Assembly (NCBI GenBank): GCA_963676615.1
Contig: OY781092.1
Coordinates: 1,024,001-1,088,000, forward strand
Direction of reading: 5' to 3'
Length of the DNA: 64,000 bases
Origin: Candidatus Cloacimonadota bacterium
Lineage (GTDB): Bacteria; Cloacimonadota; Cloacimonadia; G963667145
Shown: one piece after another, positions 1 to 9,134 of the stretch
Layout of the letters: each line of letters starts with the position of its first letter
Numbering within the stretch: position 1 is the first letter of the stretch
Notes under the pieces: model-generated
What the model was told of the DNA's origin: nothing
Database searches by the model: none
What the model saw: the letters and a program-made list of their open reading frames with translations, nothing else
Position numbers and translations under genes: made by a program

Positions 1-110
1 TCGCTTCCCTTGGCACTGCTCTTGCCCAAAATATCTATCTGCTCCCATTTTTTCGCCACTTCCGCCTCAATCCTAGCGCTCTTTTTTTTGGGATCAATCG
101 GTTCATACAT
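1..110 (-). CDS. ileS: Isoleucyl-tRNA synthetase, N-terminal fragment (runs off window start)
   Basis: Minus strand reads MYEPIDPKKKSARIEAEVAKKWEQIDILGKS, resembling type-2 IleRS N-termini. GAGGA RBS precedes the ATG at 110. Not in the ORF track; only 36 codons visible. Confidence 0.55.
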   Translation of the reverse strand, partial: MYEPIDPKKKSARIEAEVAKKWEQIDILGKSSAKGS

Positions 111-247
111 TGCAATCCTCCTGCTTTTCCAAACAAAATTTCTTCACATTAAAACTTTCGTCTCTTCATTTCTGTCAAGAGTTGTTTTGGCGCTACAAGA
201 GAATTTCTCCCAAAAGCGTTACTTTTATTCAGCATTTTTTTATTGGT

Positions 248-345
248 CTTGACACAAATAGAGAAATTTATCGAATTGGGAAAAGGTTAGAAAAGGGAAT
301 AAATGGACAAAATGTTGGATATAACACCAAATTGGAAGGCTAAAC
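248..345 (+). promoter_or_regulatory. Island leader copy 1: TTGACA box plus putative attI-like site
   Basis: CTTGACACAAATAGAGAAATTTATCGAATTG...AAATGTTGGATATAACACCAAATTGGAAGGCTAAAC is homologous to 32759-32840. The -10 box is not canonical. Confidence 0.55.
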
Positions 346-348
346 GAT

Positions 349-716
349 ATGTGGAGTTTGGTTAGTTGTGATAAAACATTTAAGGAGACTGACATAACTA
401 TGAATGGATTCCAAAGACCTGCACCAAAAACGAGAGATTCAATAAAAAATTTTTGCAAATCAATAGATTGTGAAGTTGGGGCACAAACAATTAATAGCAT
501 AATAGAATAATCAGACCTAATTTAGTGATTTTTGTGTCAAAATTTTCTTGGGACAAATTAAGGTGCAAAATTCCAAAATCAGAATTAAAGGTGAAATATG
601 ACTTTGTTTGTCATCCAGGAACAGGCGGTCTTTATTGGCATAATAAGAATTATAATCACGGTGTGAAAAAATTTAAATCATTATATAGAAGAGAAAATAA
701 TAAAGCCCTCAAATAA
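349..716 (+). pseudogene. Degenerate cassette ORF, possibly a uracil-DNA-glycosylase-fold fragment
   Basis: ORF 349-510 stops and coding continues in another frame (525-716, ..VIFVSKFSW..FVCHPG..). Its TAA lies inside the attC inverse core (aaaTAAc). Confidence 0.4.
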
Positions 717-841
717 CATTTTGTATAAGTAATGGCAAGCAATGTGGTAAATATTAAGGCTTGTAGCCCGATCAAACTACGTAGCGGTTTAATAGGTTTG
801 CTCTCCGAAATGCCAAACATTTCATATACTCACCGTTAGGC
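711..841 (+). other. attC-like recombination site
   Basis: AAATAAC-N5-GTATAAGTAATG ... CATTTCATATAC-N5-GTTAGGC. Inner boxes are 10/12 complementary, there is an internal hairpin, and a GTTRRRY core sits at 835-841. Confidence 0.75.
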
Positions 842-900
842 ATAAGCTAAAAAAAACAGCGAATATAAAATATAAACTAAGAATTATTAAAAAAATCAAT

Positions 901-979
901 GCACAAACACACATTTAGTTTTGCCGACCAGAAAACCAAACCCTGAAAAACCCAAAGAGCTATTTTTTAGCCAGCGCAC
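901..979 (+). repeat. CACATT/AAAGAG hairpin motif, copy 1 (upstream of herA)
   Basis: CACATT at 910, AAAGAG at 954, imperfect TTTAGTTTT/AAAACCCAAA stem. Close homologue at 32995-33072. Confidence 0.75.
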
Positions 980-1016
980 GAAAAATAATTATAAATTTGT
1001 AATTAAAGAGTTTAAA

Positions 1017-3209
1017 ATGAGTATAGAACAAGGAATTAATTCCATACGAGAAAGTAATAAAAAGGTTGAAACTCAACAATGGTTTCAAAAACTTATTCAG
1101 ACAGATGAATATGTTGGTGATTTGTATTCCATAAACTATGAAACTGCGCGAGTAATAATTCATGACTTCTACAGAGAAAAAGTAGGAGGAATTCCAAGTT
1201 TGAGTTTCTTAATTGCTTCAAGAGTTGACCCAAATAATTCAGAAATTGACTTTAAAACAGAGGATGCATCATTTATTCTTTTAAGAGTAATGGATGCAGC
1301 TGCACTTCCACAAGACAGAGAAGCTGAAAGAATTAGAGTTGAAACAGCACAAAGAATAAGTGGTGAAACTGAAAAAAATTGGGATGAAGCAGGTTCAATG
1401 GATTTAAGAACAAAAAATCTGTTAAGTTTTGCTGGTGTGCAATGCAGAATAATCGGAACATTTTATCTCGAAGAAAATGGACAAAATGGAGAAGCACCAC
1501 TTAATTTAAAATTCGGTAGTGACATTTCAAATTATTATCCAAACAGAGGATTAAAAGTTTATAAACCAAATGGAAAGGCTCTTGAGTTAATTGTAAATTA
1601 TTCTGACCCTTCAAATATTCAAGCACACATTGAAAAATATGGAAATACAGAAAATGTAAAATTGGGTTTTGTAAGATATGCTTCAACAAATAGGAAATAT
1701 CAGCAAATTGATGATGTCCCTGTTTATATTTATCCAGCAGACCTTCTATCTCAAAAATCTGCCTTGTTTGGAATGACAAGAACAGGGAAATCCAATACTA
1801 CTAAAATAATTGCGAAATCTGTTTTTGAATTACGAAATGCACAACAGTCTGGAGAAAAGCCATTAAGAATTGGGCAAATAATTTTTGACCCTAACGGTGA
1901 ATATGCAAATGAAAACACACAGGATAAGGATGGCAGTGGAAATCCAAATGCACTCAAAAATATTTGGAAAAAAAACGAAACTTTAAAAAATGTAGCTGAT
2001 AACTTAAAACAACAATATATCCAAGAGAAAGACATTGAAGATAAAAAAAGACTATGGAATGAAATTAAGACGTTGATTGATTCTGAAGTGGTTACTTTTG
2101 GTATTTTACCTCATCCAAATGATCCTGGCAGGAAGAGAATGCTACTAAATTTCTATCTTGATGATAATTTACCTATTGGTAAAGAAATTATAAATTCTCT
2201 TTTGTCTGACGATACCACAATATATATAAAGAATTTTTTGCAGGTAAATTTGGAAAAACCTGACGAAAATGATAAGAGTGCAATGACAAGATATAAGAGA
2301 AGAGTTTTAGCATATCGTTCAGTTCTTGCACGAGCAGGTTTTCCTGTACCAGAAAAATTTAATGTTTCAGTAAAAAGTTTGTTTAATAAGGATTTATTGA
2401 ATGCGATGGAAAATAGTAAAAGTGATAATTCGGTAGAATATAAATCTGGGGCAAAAGTTTTTAAAGAAGAGAATCCTACTTTGCAACAATTAGCTGGTGC
2501 ATTTGAATCACTTGATAAATTTATTCGCGAAAATAAAGAATACAAAATTTTTGAAACTGATTATGTTCAAAATTCAAAATCAGGTAATGCTTGGGCGGAT
2601 GAGGATTTGAAAAAAATTATTGGGATTTTCCAATATCCAAATGGTACACGAAAAATTGGTAAAGCAGTAGAGCAACATAGTGCTGATACAACATGTGACT
2701 ATGCAGATGATATTTATAATGATTTAAAAAACGGGAAACTTGTAATTATTGATCAGTCAAGTGGAGATTCAGAGTTAAATGAGTCTTCAGCAAAAAGAGT
2801 GATGAAAAAAATATTTGATGAAAATAAAAATCTTTTTACATTGGGGAAAATTCCCCCCGATATAATGGTATATGTTGAAGAGGCACATAATATTTTACCA
2901 TCTGATAAAGAAAAAGACTTAAAAGACATTTGGGTAAGAACAGCAAAAGAAGGAGCTAAATTGCATATAGGACTTGTTTACGCTACCCAAGAAGTAAGTA
3001 GTATTCAAAGAAATATTTTAAAAAATACAGCGAATTGGTTTATAAGCCATTTAAACAATACAGATGAAACCAAAGAACTCTGCAAGTACTATGACTTTGC
3101 AGACTTTGAACCGTCAATAAGGCGAGCACAGGATAAGGGCTTTTTAAGAGTTAAAACATTAAGCAATCTGTTTGTAATTCCTGTTCAAGTTGACAAATTT
3201 GAGGTTTAA
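1017..3209 (+). CDS. herA: HerA/FtsK-superfamily ATPase (HerA helicase/translocase, DUF87)
   Basis: Walker A GMTRTGKS, DPNGEY, Walker B YVEEAH and ATQ motif. ATG at 1017 preferred because the TTG at 921 lies inside the repeat motif. Confidence 0.85.
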   Translation: MSIEQGINSIRESNKKVETQQWFQKLIQTDEYVGDLYSINYETARVIIHDFYREKVGGIPSLSFLIASRVDPNNSEIDFKTEDASFILLRVMDAAALPQDREAERIRVETAQRISGETEKNWDEAGSMDLRTKNLLSFAGVQCRIIGTFYLEENGQNGEAPLNLKFGSDISNYYPNRGLKVYKPNGKALELIVNYSDPSNIQAHIEKYGNTENVKLGFVRYASTNRKYQQIDDVPVYIYPADLLSQKSALFGMTRTGKSNTTKIIAKSVFELRNAQQSGEKPLRIGQIIFDPNGEYANENTQDKDGSGNPNALKNIWKKNETLKNVADNLKQQYIQEKDIEDKKRLWNEIKTLIDSEVVTFGILPHPNDPGRKRMLLNFYLDDNLPIGKEIINSLLSDDTTIYIKNFLQVNLEKPDENDKSAMTRYKRRVLAYRSVLARAGFPVPEKFNVSVKSLFNKDLLNAMENSKSDNSVEYKSGAKVFKEENPTLQQLAGAFESLDKFIRENKEYKIFETDYVQNSKSGNAWADEDLKKIIGIFQYPNGTRKIGKAVEQHSADTTCDYADDIYNDLKNGKLVIIDQSSGDSELNESSAKRVMKKIFDENKNLFTLGKIPPDIMVYVEEAHNILPSDKEKDLKDIWVRTAKEGAKLHIGLVYATQEVSSIQRNILKNTANWFISHLNNTDETKELCKYYDFADFEPSIRRAQDKGFLRVKTLSNLFVIPVQVDKFEV

Positions 3210-3220
3210 ACAGTATTTAT

Positions 3221-4609
3221 ATGGGATTTGAAGGAGAATTTGCCAGTTATGAGCCATTAAGGCGAATGCTTGATAGTGATAAAGTTAAATCACTCCAAGA
3301 CAGACTGAAAATACGAAAACAAGAAGAAGAAACAGATACTTTTACTGGCTCAATTGTTAAAAAGTCAGACTTGACTGAAAGTTCAATTCAACCAGATTTA
3401 GTTTTAGCTATTGATGGAAGTAATTTAGTGGCTAAAGCTGAAAATGGTTTCCCAGGTGCAGAATTTGGTTATATTACAATAGCTTCTGTTTTAATAGATT
3501 TAAAGTTAATAGACAATTTAGAAAAGAAAAAGTTTATTGATCCAAAAAAAGTTAGAGAAACTGAAAAGGCATCAACAATAGAAAGTGTTTTTCCTGGGTG
3601 CAATGTAATATTAGATAACGAAAAAAATGCAAAAGCTTCAATTCGAAGAGCATTATTTGAAGAATTAAAAAGCAATACAATATTTGCGAATGGCGGAGAA
3701 ACCTTATTGGGTACATACGAATATTTGTTCAGAATAAAGAGGGAATATTTCTCCGAAATCCGCCTTCCAAGAAGCCCTATTGATGGTATTGATGATGAAA
3801 TGACTTATGGATATGGTGAATATAATTGCCCTCATTCAGGAGAAAAACTATACTCAACTGATGCTTTGCGCTTACACGAATTAATGAATCCTGGTGGAAC
3901 TAATGGAGAAATGTTTGGGCAAATAATGTCAACTCTTGAAAAACTTTGGTTAGTTCACATACTTAGAGCCTTTGAACAAAAAAAATGGTTGTCAACACTT
4001 CGGAGAGTAGCATTTATTATGGATGGGCCATTAGCTGTATTTAGTACTTCATCATGGTTAACTAAAGTAATTAATTATGAATTAAATAGACTAAATGATT
4101 TGCAGAAAGCAGTTAACGGTCAGGATTTATTAATTATCGGTATTGAAAAATCAGGGACATTCGTAAATCATTTCGAGGAAATTGATACGACTAAAGATGG
4201 AGTTAGAGATAAATTCCCTAAACAATCAGCATTACTTCTTGATGATGGATATATAAAAAGAAATATTATTTTTTCTGAAAGCATAAAACCATATGGTCAG
4301 GACACCTATTTTGGAAGGAAAATATTTTATAAAACTGCCTCTGGACAAAAAATAGTTGCTGCAACTGCATTTTTGAGAAGCTTTTCTTCAGATAAAGAAT
4401 TTTCCGAATATTTAGATTCTAGTAATCCTGTTAATTTTTCAAGACTTCCAGATGTTATGAATTTACTTGATAAATTGGTTTCAAGTAGATACCCAAATTC
4501 CGTTTCACCTTTAGTATCAGCTCATGCAGAAGCAGCAATTCCTTTAAATTTAGGTAAACGTATATTTGAGGATATTGCAAGAGAAATAAGAGAAAATTCA
4601 AAACTATGA
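3221..4609 (+). CDS. nurA: NurA-family nuclease
   Basis: VLAIDGS, FIMDGPL, GIEKSG and C-terminal AH motif. Starts 11 nt after herA. Confidence 0.8.
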   Translation: MGFEGEFASYEPLRRMLDSDKVKSLQDRLKIRKQEEETDTFTGSIVKKSDLTESSIQPDLVLAIDGSNLVAKAENGFPGAEFGYITIASVLIDLKLIDNLEKKKFIDPKKVRETEKASTIESVFPGCNVILDNEKNAKASIRRALFEELKSNTIFANGGETLLGTYEYLFRIKREYFSEIRLPRSPIDGIDDEMTYGYGEYNCPHSGEKLYSTDALRLHELMNPGGTNGEMFGQIMSTLEKLWLVHILRAFEQKKWLSTLRRVAFIMDGPLAVFSTSSWLTKVINYELNRLNDLQKAVNGQDLLIIGIEKSGTFVNHFEEIDTTKDGVRDKFPKQSALLLDDGYIKRNIIFSESIKPYGQDTYFGRKIFYKTASGQKIVAATAFLRSFSSDKEFSEYLDSSNPVNFSRLPDVMNLLDKLVSSRYPNSVSPLVSAHAEAAIPLNLGKRIFEDIAREIRENSKL

Positions 4610-5733
4610 TAGTTTTAAATGATGTTTTAAAAGGGCGTAGTACTGCAGAAGCACGATGGGCAAGATTTGGTCCATATTATGCGATGTTTCCTGTAGATTT
4701 TGCTTTTGAAGTTGTTCAAAAATATTCAAAAGAGGGTGATTATATAATAGATCCTTTTGCTGGAAGATGCAGTAGTATATATGCTGGGGGTGTTCTTGGT
4801 CGAGTTAGTTTAGGAATTGAAATTAATCCAGTTGGATGGCTTTTTGGAAAAGTAAAACTTCGACCTGCAAAAAAAGATCTTGTAATTGCAAGGTTGCTTG
4901 AGATTTATAAAAAAAGAGATTGTTATAGTTTAGCAATTGAAAAAATGCTTGAATTTTATCGTATTTGTTATTGTGATGAGGTTTTAAAATTTTTATTAGC
5001 AGCAAGAGAAAATCTTGATTGGGAAAATAACAGTATTGATGCTTCCCTTATGTCTATTCTTTTGGTTTACTTACATGGTAAATTAGGAGAAGGCTTGTCA
5101 AATCAAATGAGAATGACAAAATCAATGGGAATGAACTATTCTGTTAAGTGGTGGAAGAAGAATGGTTTTATAAATCCGCCTGAAATTAATCCTTATGAAT
5201 TTATTCTTAAGAAGATTGAATGGAGGTATGAAAAAGGTACACCAAGTATTACTGAAAGTGATGTTGTTTTTGGAGATAGCACTATTGAATTAAAAAAAAT
5301 TGTCCAAAGAGCAGAGAGAAATAATATAAAATTTTCTTTACTTTTTACATCTCCGCCTTATTATTCAATTACGAATTATCATGCTGATCAATGGCTTAGA
5401 ATATGGCTTTTAGGTGGGGCAGAAAATCCTCATTCATTTAATGCCAAATATAAAGGACGCTTTGGAAATAAACAAGAATATTATAATTTGCTTGATAGTG
5501 TATTTGGATATTCTTCTAAATTAATGGGGAAAGATAGTGCAATTTATGTTCGCACAGATAAAAGAGAATTTACTTTTAATTCAACTTTAGAAATATTAAA
5601 AAAACATTTTCCACATCATAAAATACAACTTATTGAAAAACCACTGGATAATAATACTAAAACACAAACTAAATTATATGGAGATAAATCAATAAAGCCA
5701 GGGGAAGTAGATATAATATTGACAATAAAGTAA
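4606..5733 (+). CDS. DNA amino-methyltransferase (N4-C/N6-A type)
   Basis: YYAMFP, SAM-binding DPFAGR and catalytic TSPPY. ATGA overlap with nurA. Confidence 0.85.
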   Translation: MIVLNDVLKGRSTAEARWARFGPYYAMFPVDFAFEVVQKYSKEGDYIIDPFAGRCSSIYAGGVLGRVSLGIEINPVGWLFGKVKLRPAKKDLVIARLLEIYKKRDCYSLAIEKMLEFYRICYCDEVLKFLLAARENLDWENNSIDASLMSILLVYLHGKLGEGLSNQMRMTKSMGMNYSVKWWKKNGFINPPEINPYEFILKKIEWRYEKGTPSITESDVVFGDSTIELKKIVQRAERNNIKFSLLFTSPPYYSITNYHADQWLRIWLLGGAENPHSFNAKYKGRFGNKQEYYNLLDSVFGYSSKLMGKDSAIYVRTDKREFTFNSTLEILKKHFPHHKIQLIEKPLDNNTKTQTKLYGDKSIKPGEVDIILTIK

Positions 5734-5740
5734 AGTCAAT

Positions 5741-5820
5741 GCTAAAGCCAATCACATTTGCAATTCACACAGACCACCTCTTGACCCAAAATTGCAAAAG
5801 AATATTTCTCACCAATGCAC
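5741..5820 (+). repeat. CACATT/AAAGAG hairpin motif, copy 2 (downstream of MTase)
   Basis: CACATT at 5753, AAAGAA at 5797, perfect stem TTTGCAATT/AATTGCAAA. Confidence 0.7.
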
Positions 5821-5907
5821 CGTAGAAAGTGAAAATAGTAGCAAATTTGAAAGATAAAATGATTGCTCTAAAAGAAATTAGAAAAGGTTCAAGACAACAT
5901 TACAAGT

Positions 5908-5919
5908 GTTAGACACAAG
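5908..5919 (+). other. Integron-like core site marking the island end
   Basis: GTTAGACACAAG matches GTTAGGCATAAG (835) and GTTAGCTGCAAG (32833). No full attC precedes it. Confidence 0.4.
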
Positions 5920-5954
5920 CTAGCTGTCTTGACCCAAAAAACCTTCTCTTCAAT

Positions 5955-5988
5955 AAAAAAAGAGCCTCCAAAAAAATGAAGACTCTTT
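5955..5988 (-). terminator. Intrinsic terminator for the amino-acid permease
   Basis: Minus-strand AAAGAGUCUUC/GGAGGCUCUUU stem with two G-U pairs, running into a U-tract. Confidence 0.7.
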
Positions 5989-6015
5989 AAGTTTTTTAAG
6001 ATTTTAAAATCAGCT

Positions 6016-7272
6016 CTATTTAATAAATTCAAGAAACGGCGAAAGAAACAGCAAAATACCAGTAAGAATTACAATAAACGGAACAACTCCACGATATTTC
6101 TTAAACCTATCCAACTTATACACAAGCAAAGTTGGGATAAAACATCCAATTACAGCAAAAAATGGGCTGCATATACTCGTAAAATAAAGTATAGGGAAAT
6201 TCGATAAAGCTGGAAGCCAAGCAATAATCACAATAAATATGATAATGTAAATTGAGACTTTGCGCATATTGATCATATTTCTAGGGACTTTTCTGAAAAA
6301 AGTGTTAATAGTTATACCAGTACAAGCTTCATAAAATCCAAGCATAACACCAAAAAAAGAAGTAACAACAGCACACAAATCAAGAGCAACACCCATTGAT
6401 GGAATCGTTATTCCTGGTATTACTTCTGCCATAAGAGCAAGAAATGAGGTATTGTCCTTAAAAGCCAATGCAGCTTCTGAATGGTCTATCGCCAATGTAC
6501 ACGAAAGAGCAAAAAAGAAAACAATGATAGCAAGAATAACAAACGCAGTGTTCATTATCTTTAAAGACTTCAACCTAGCCATTTCTCTATCTTCATTCCG
6601 ATTCTTAACCGAAAGAACCATTGGACTCAAAGACTGAAGAAAAAGTATGGAAGTCATCGCAAAAGGAAGAGTTATGATTACATTTTTCACTATTTCCCAA
6701 AACGACGGAAGCGCCATAATGTTCTTAATGTCCCAATATGGAATTATCAAAAAACTCAGCACAATAAGAATTGCTAAAATGATAATGACAAGCACTTTAG
6801 AAATGTTTAACAACAATTTTCGACTTTTAAAAGCAAAAAATACAAGTAGTGAAATCAGCGCCAGAGAATACAAAGGATTATGATTAAGAAATCCCTTGGT
6901 CCAGCCAGCAGTATGAATATACGATGCGCTATCGTTTGTGATGGTCTCACTATAAATGAAAACCCATAGCAAAAGCATTATAAAGTAAATTATTCCCAAC
7001 ACAACACCCCATTTTTTCCCAAGATACTCCCCGATGATTGTTGGATAATCGTCGGAAGAATCTGCCTCAGCCACGGTATTGACAAAAAGGCGTTGAAAAA
7101 GATACAAACCAGGATACGCAACCAATACTGTAATTAAAAATGTCCACAATCCGACCAAACCTGCCTGAATAGGCAAAAACACGATACCTGCCCCCACTCC
7201 CATTCCAATAGTTACCGCAACATAACCCCAATCCCAAGAGTCTAGCTTAACGATTTTTTTTTCATTTTTCAT
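6016..7272 (-). CDS. HAAAP-family (SdaC/TdcC-like) amino acid permease
   Basis: GMGVGAGIVFLPIQAG motif and about 11 hydrophobic segments. Confidence 0.85.
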   Translation of the reverse strand: MKNEKKIVKLDSWDWGYVAVTIGMGVGAGIVFLPIQAGLVGLWTFLITVLVAYPGLYLFQRLFVNTVAEADSSDDYPTIIGEYLGKKWGVVLGIIYFIMLLLWVFIYSETITNDSASYIHTAGWTKGFLNHNPLYSLALISLLVFFAFKSRKLLLNISKVLVIIILAILIVLSFLIIPYWDIKNIMALPSFWEIVKNVIITLPFAMTSILFLQSLSPMVLSVKNRNEDREMARLKSLKIMNTAFVILAIIVFFFALSCTLAIDHSEAALAFKDNTSFLALMAEVIPGITIPSMGVALDLCAVVTSFFGVMLGFYEACTGITINTFFRKVPRNMINMRKVSIYIIIFIVIIAWLPALSNFPILYFTSICSPFFAVIGCFIPTLLVYKLDRFKKYRGVVPFIVILTGILLFLSPFLEFIK

Positions 7273-7487
7273 AAAAATCCCTTTTTTATTTAATAATTAA
7301 AAGCTGATTCAAAAATCAACTTTCCCTTCTCAACAAAATTTCTTAATTACAGTCGAAAACTGTCAATCTTTTTTTAAATATCTTCTCTTTATAATCTCCA
7401 AAATCAAAGAAAATCATAACTTTTCTTGACATTTCGCACAAATCTCACAGCCTAAAAATAAATTTATTTAATTTGCGGGAGGAACAA

Positions 7488-8426
7488 ATGAAAATCTTGG
7501 TCACCAAGAAATTGCCATATATGCCAGATTTTGCGGCGCTGGGCTATCAAACTTACATAAATCAAGACCAACAGTTGATGAGCTACGACCAAATCAAAAA
7601 CGAAATCAAAGACGCAAGCGCCCTTGTCAGCGTTCTGGCGGACAAAATCGACCAAGAAATCATCGACGCAGCGCCAAACCTGAAGGTCATCTGCAACTAC
7701 GCCGTGGGCTACAACAACATCGACTTCGCCTACGCCAAAAGCAAAGGAATCGTCGTCTGCAACACGCCCGATGTCCTAACCGACACCACCGCAGAGCTGG
7801 CTTGGTCGCTACTGATGTCCGCCGCAAGGCTCATCGTCGCCTCCGACCGCTTCGTGCAAAAAGGACTCTTCCAACAATGGCAACCCGACTTGATGCTCGG
7901 GCAAGACATCGTCGGCAAAACATTGGGCATAATCGGCTCGGGACGCATCGGCACAGCTATGGGAAAAATGTCGCAAGGATTTAGAATGCCGCTGCTTTAC
8001 ACGCACAAAAAAAATCCCCAGCTAGATGCCATCGGCGGCAAAATGGTCGAAATGAACAAACTGCTAGCAGAATCGGACTTCATCTCGCTTCACTGCCCGC
8101 TCACGCCAGCAACCAAACACCTCATTGGCAAAAACGAACTGAAAATGATGAAAAAAAACGCAATCCTCATCAACACGGCACGCGGAGCGATTATCAACGA
8201 GCAAGATTTGGTGGACGCCCTCTGCTGCGGCGAAATCGCAGGAGCGGGACTCGATGTTTTCGAGGAGGAACCAAAAATCAACGAGGGACTGCTGAACAAC
8301 GACAAAGTCGTCCTCACGCCGCACATCGGCTCGGCGACTCTTTCCACACGCACCAAAATGGCGAAAATGTGCTTCGACGATTGCTTCGCCGTCCTCTCTG
8401 GCAAAAAAGCCAAATTCACGGTTTAG
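7488..8426 (+). CDS. D-2-hydroxyacid dehydrogenase (D-glycerate dehydrogenase/glyoxylate reductase)
   Basis: AVGYNNID, GIIGSGRIG, INTARG, LDVFEEEP and TPHIGSAT. GGAGG RBS before ATG 7488. Confidence 0.9.
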   Translation: MKILVTKKLPYMPDFAALGYQTYINQDQQLMSYDQIKNEIKDASALVSVLADKIDQEIIDAAPNLKVICNYAVGYNNIDFAYAKSKGIVVCNTPDVLTDTTAELAWSLLMSAARLIVASDRFVQKGLFQQWQPDLMLGQDIVGKTLGIIGSGRIGTAMGKMSQGFRMPLLYTHKKNPQLDAIGGKMVEMNKLLAESDFISLHCPLTPATKHLIGKNELKMMKKNAILINTARGAIINEQDLVDALCCGEIAGAGLDVFEEEPKINEGLLNNDKVVLTPHIGSATLSTRTKMAKMCFDDCFAVLSGKKAKFTV

Positions 8427-8431
8427 CGCAA

Positions 8432-9106
8432 ATGAACATCCTGACAATCGACTCGCACTCCACTTCGGGCAGCGTCGCTATCGCCCAGAACGGACAAATC
8501 CGCTACCTCGCCTATCAGGACATCAAAGGCACACACAGTGCGCGCCTAATGAAAATGATCGACCAAGCGCTGCAAGTCTGCGAGCTACAAGTCGAAAACA
8601 TCGACCAAATCGTCCTCTGCATCGGTCCTGGCTCGTTCACTGGCATCCGCATCGGACTTGCCACCGCAAAAGGGCTTGCTTTCGCTCACAAAATCCCCAT
8701 CGTGCCAGTCTCCTCGCTAGAGTTGCGAGCGCTGCCTTTGCAAAAATGCGGGGAAAAAATAATCAGCTTTTGTGACGCCAAAACCAAAGAGATTTACGCC
8801 GCCATCTACGACGAAAATTTCAAGCAAATTTTGCCCGCTGGCTGCTACAACGCAGAAAACTTTTTCAAAAACCTTAGCGGAAAATACATCGTCACTGGCG
8901 ACAACTACCAAATAATCGAAAAACACTCGGCGCATTTGCAACTAGAAAAAGCCAGCCTTGCGCAAAGCCTGCCGCTCGCCGCTTTCCTCATCGAAAAAAA
9001 TGACCCGCAGCAAAAATTCGACTTCGATCAGTTGGCAGACCTCGAGCCGCTATACCTGCGCAAATCGCAAGCAGAAATCGTCTGGGAAAAAAGAAAAGGG
9101 AAATAA
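8432..9106 (+). CDS. tsaB: tRNA threonylcarbamoyladenosine biosynthesis protein TsaB
   Basis: MNILTIDS..HSARL..GPGSFTGIRIG..DAK..EPLYLR. Confidence 0.9.
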   Translation: MNILTIDSHSTSGSVAIAQNGQIRYLAYQDIKGTHSARLMKMIDQALQVCELQVENIDQIVLCIGPGSFTGIRIGLATAKGLAFAHKIPIVPVSSLELRALPLQKCGEKIISFCDAKTKEIYAAIYDENFKQILPAGCYNAENFFKNLSGKYIVTGDNYQIIEKHSAHLQLEKASLAQSLPLAAFLIEKNDPQQKFDFDQLADLEPLYLRKSQAEIVWEKRKGK

Positions 9107-9134
9107 AAATCCCCATTTTGCAAAAATCATTCCA

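Noticed and set aside
921..1016. N-terminal extension of HerA from TTG 921; also ORF 32887-33075
   Set aside because: Both read through the non-coding hairpin motif, which explains the shared 'EKPKELF' peptide. The ATGs at 1017 and 33091 are better starts.
901..5820. Hairpin motifs as intrinsic terminators or CRISPR repeats
   Set aside because: Stems are AT-rich with loops over 20 nt, copies also precede start codons, and they are not regularly spaced with spacers.
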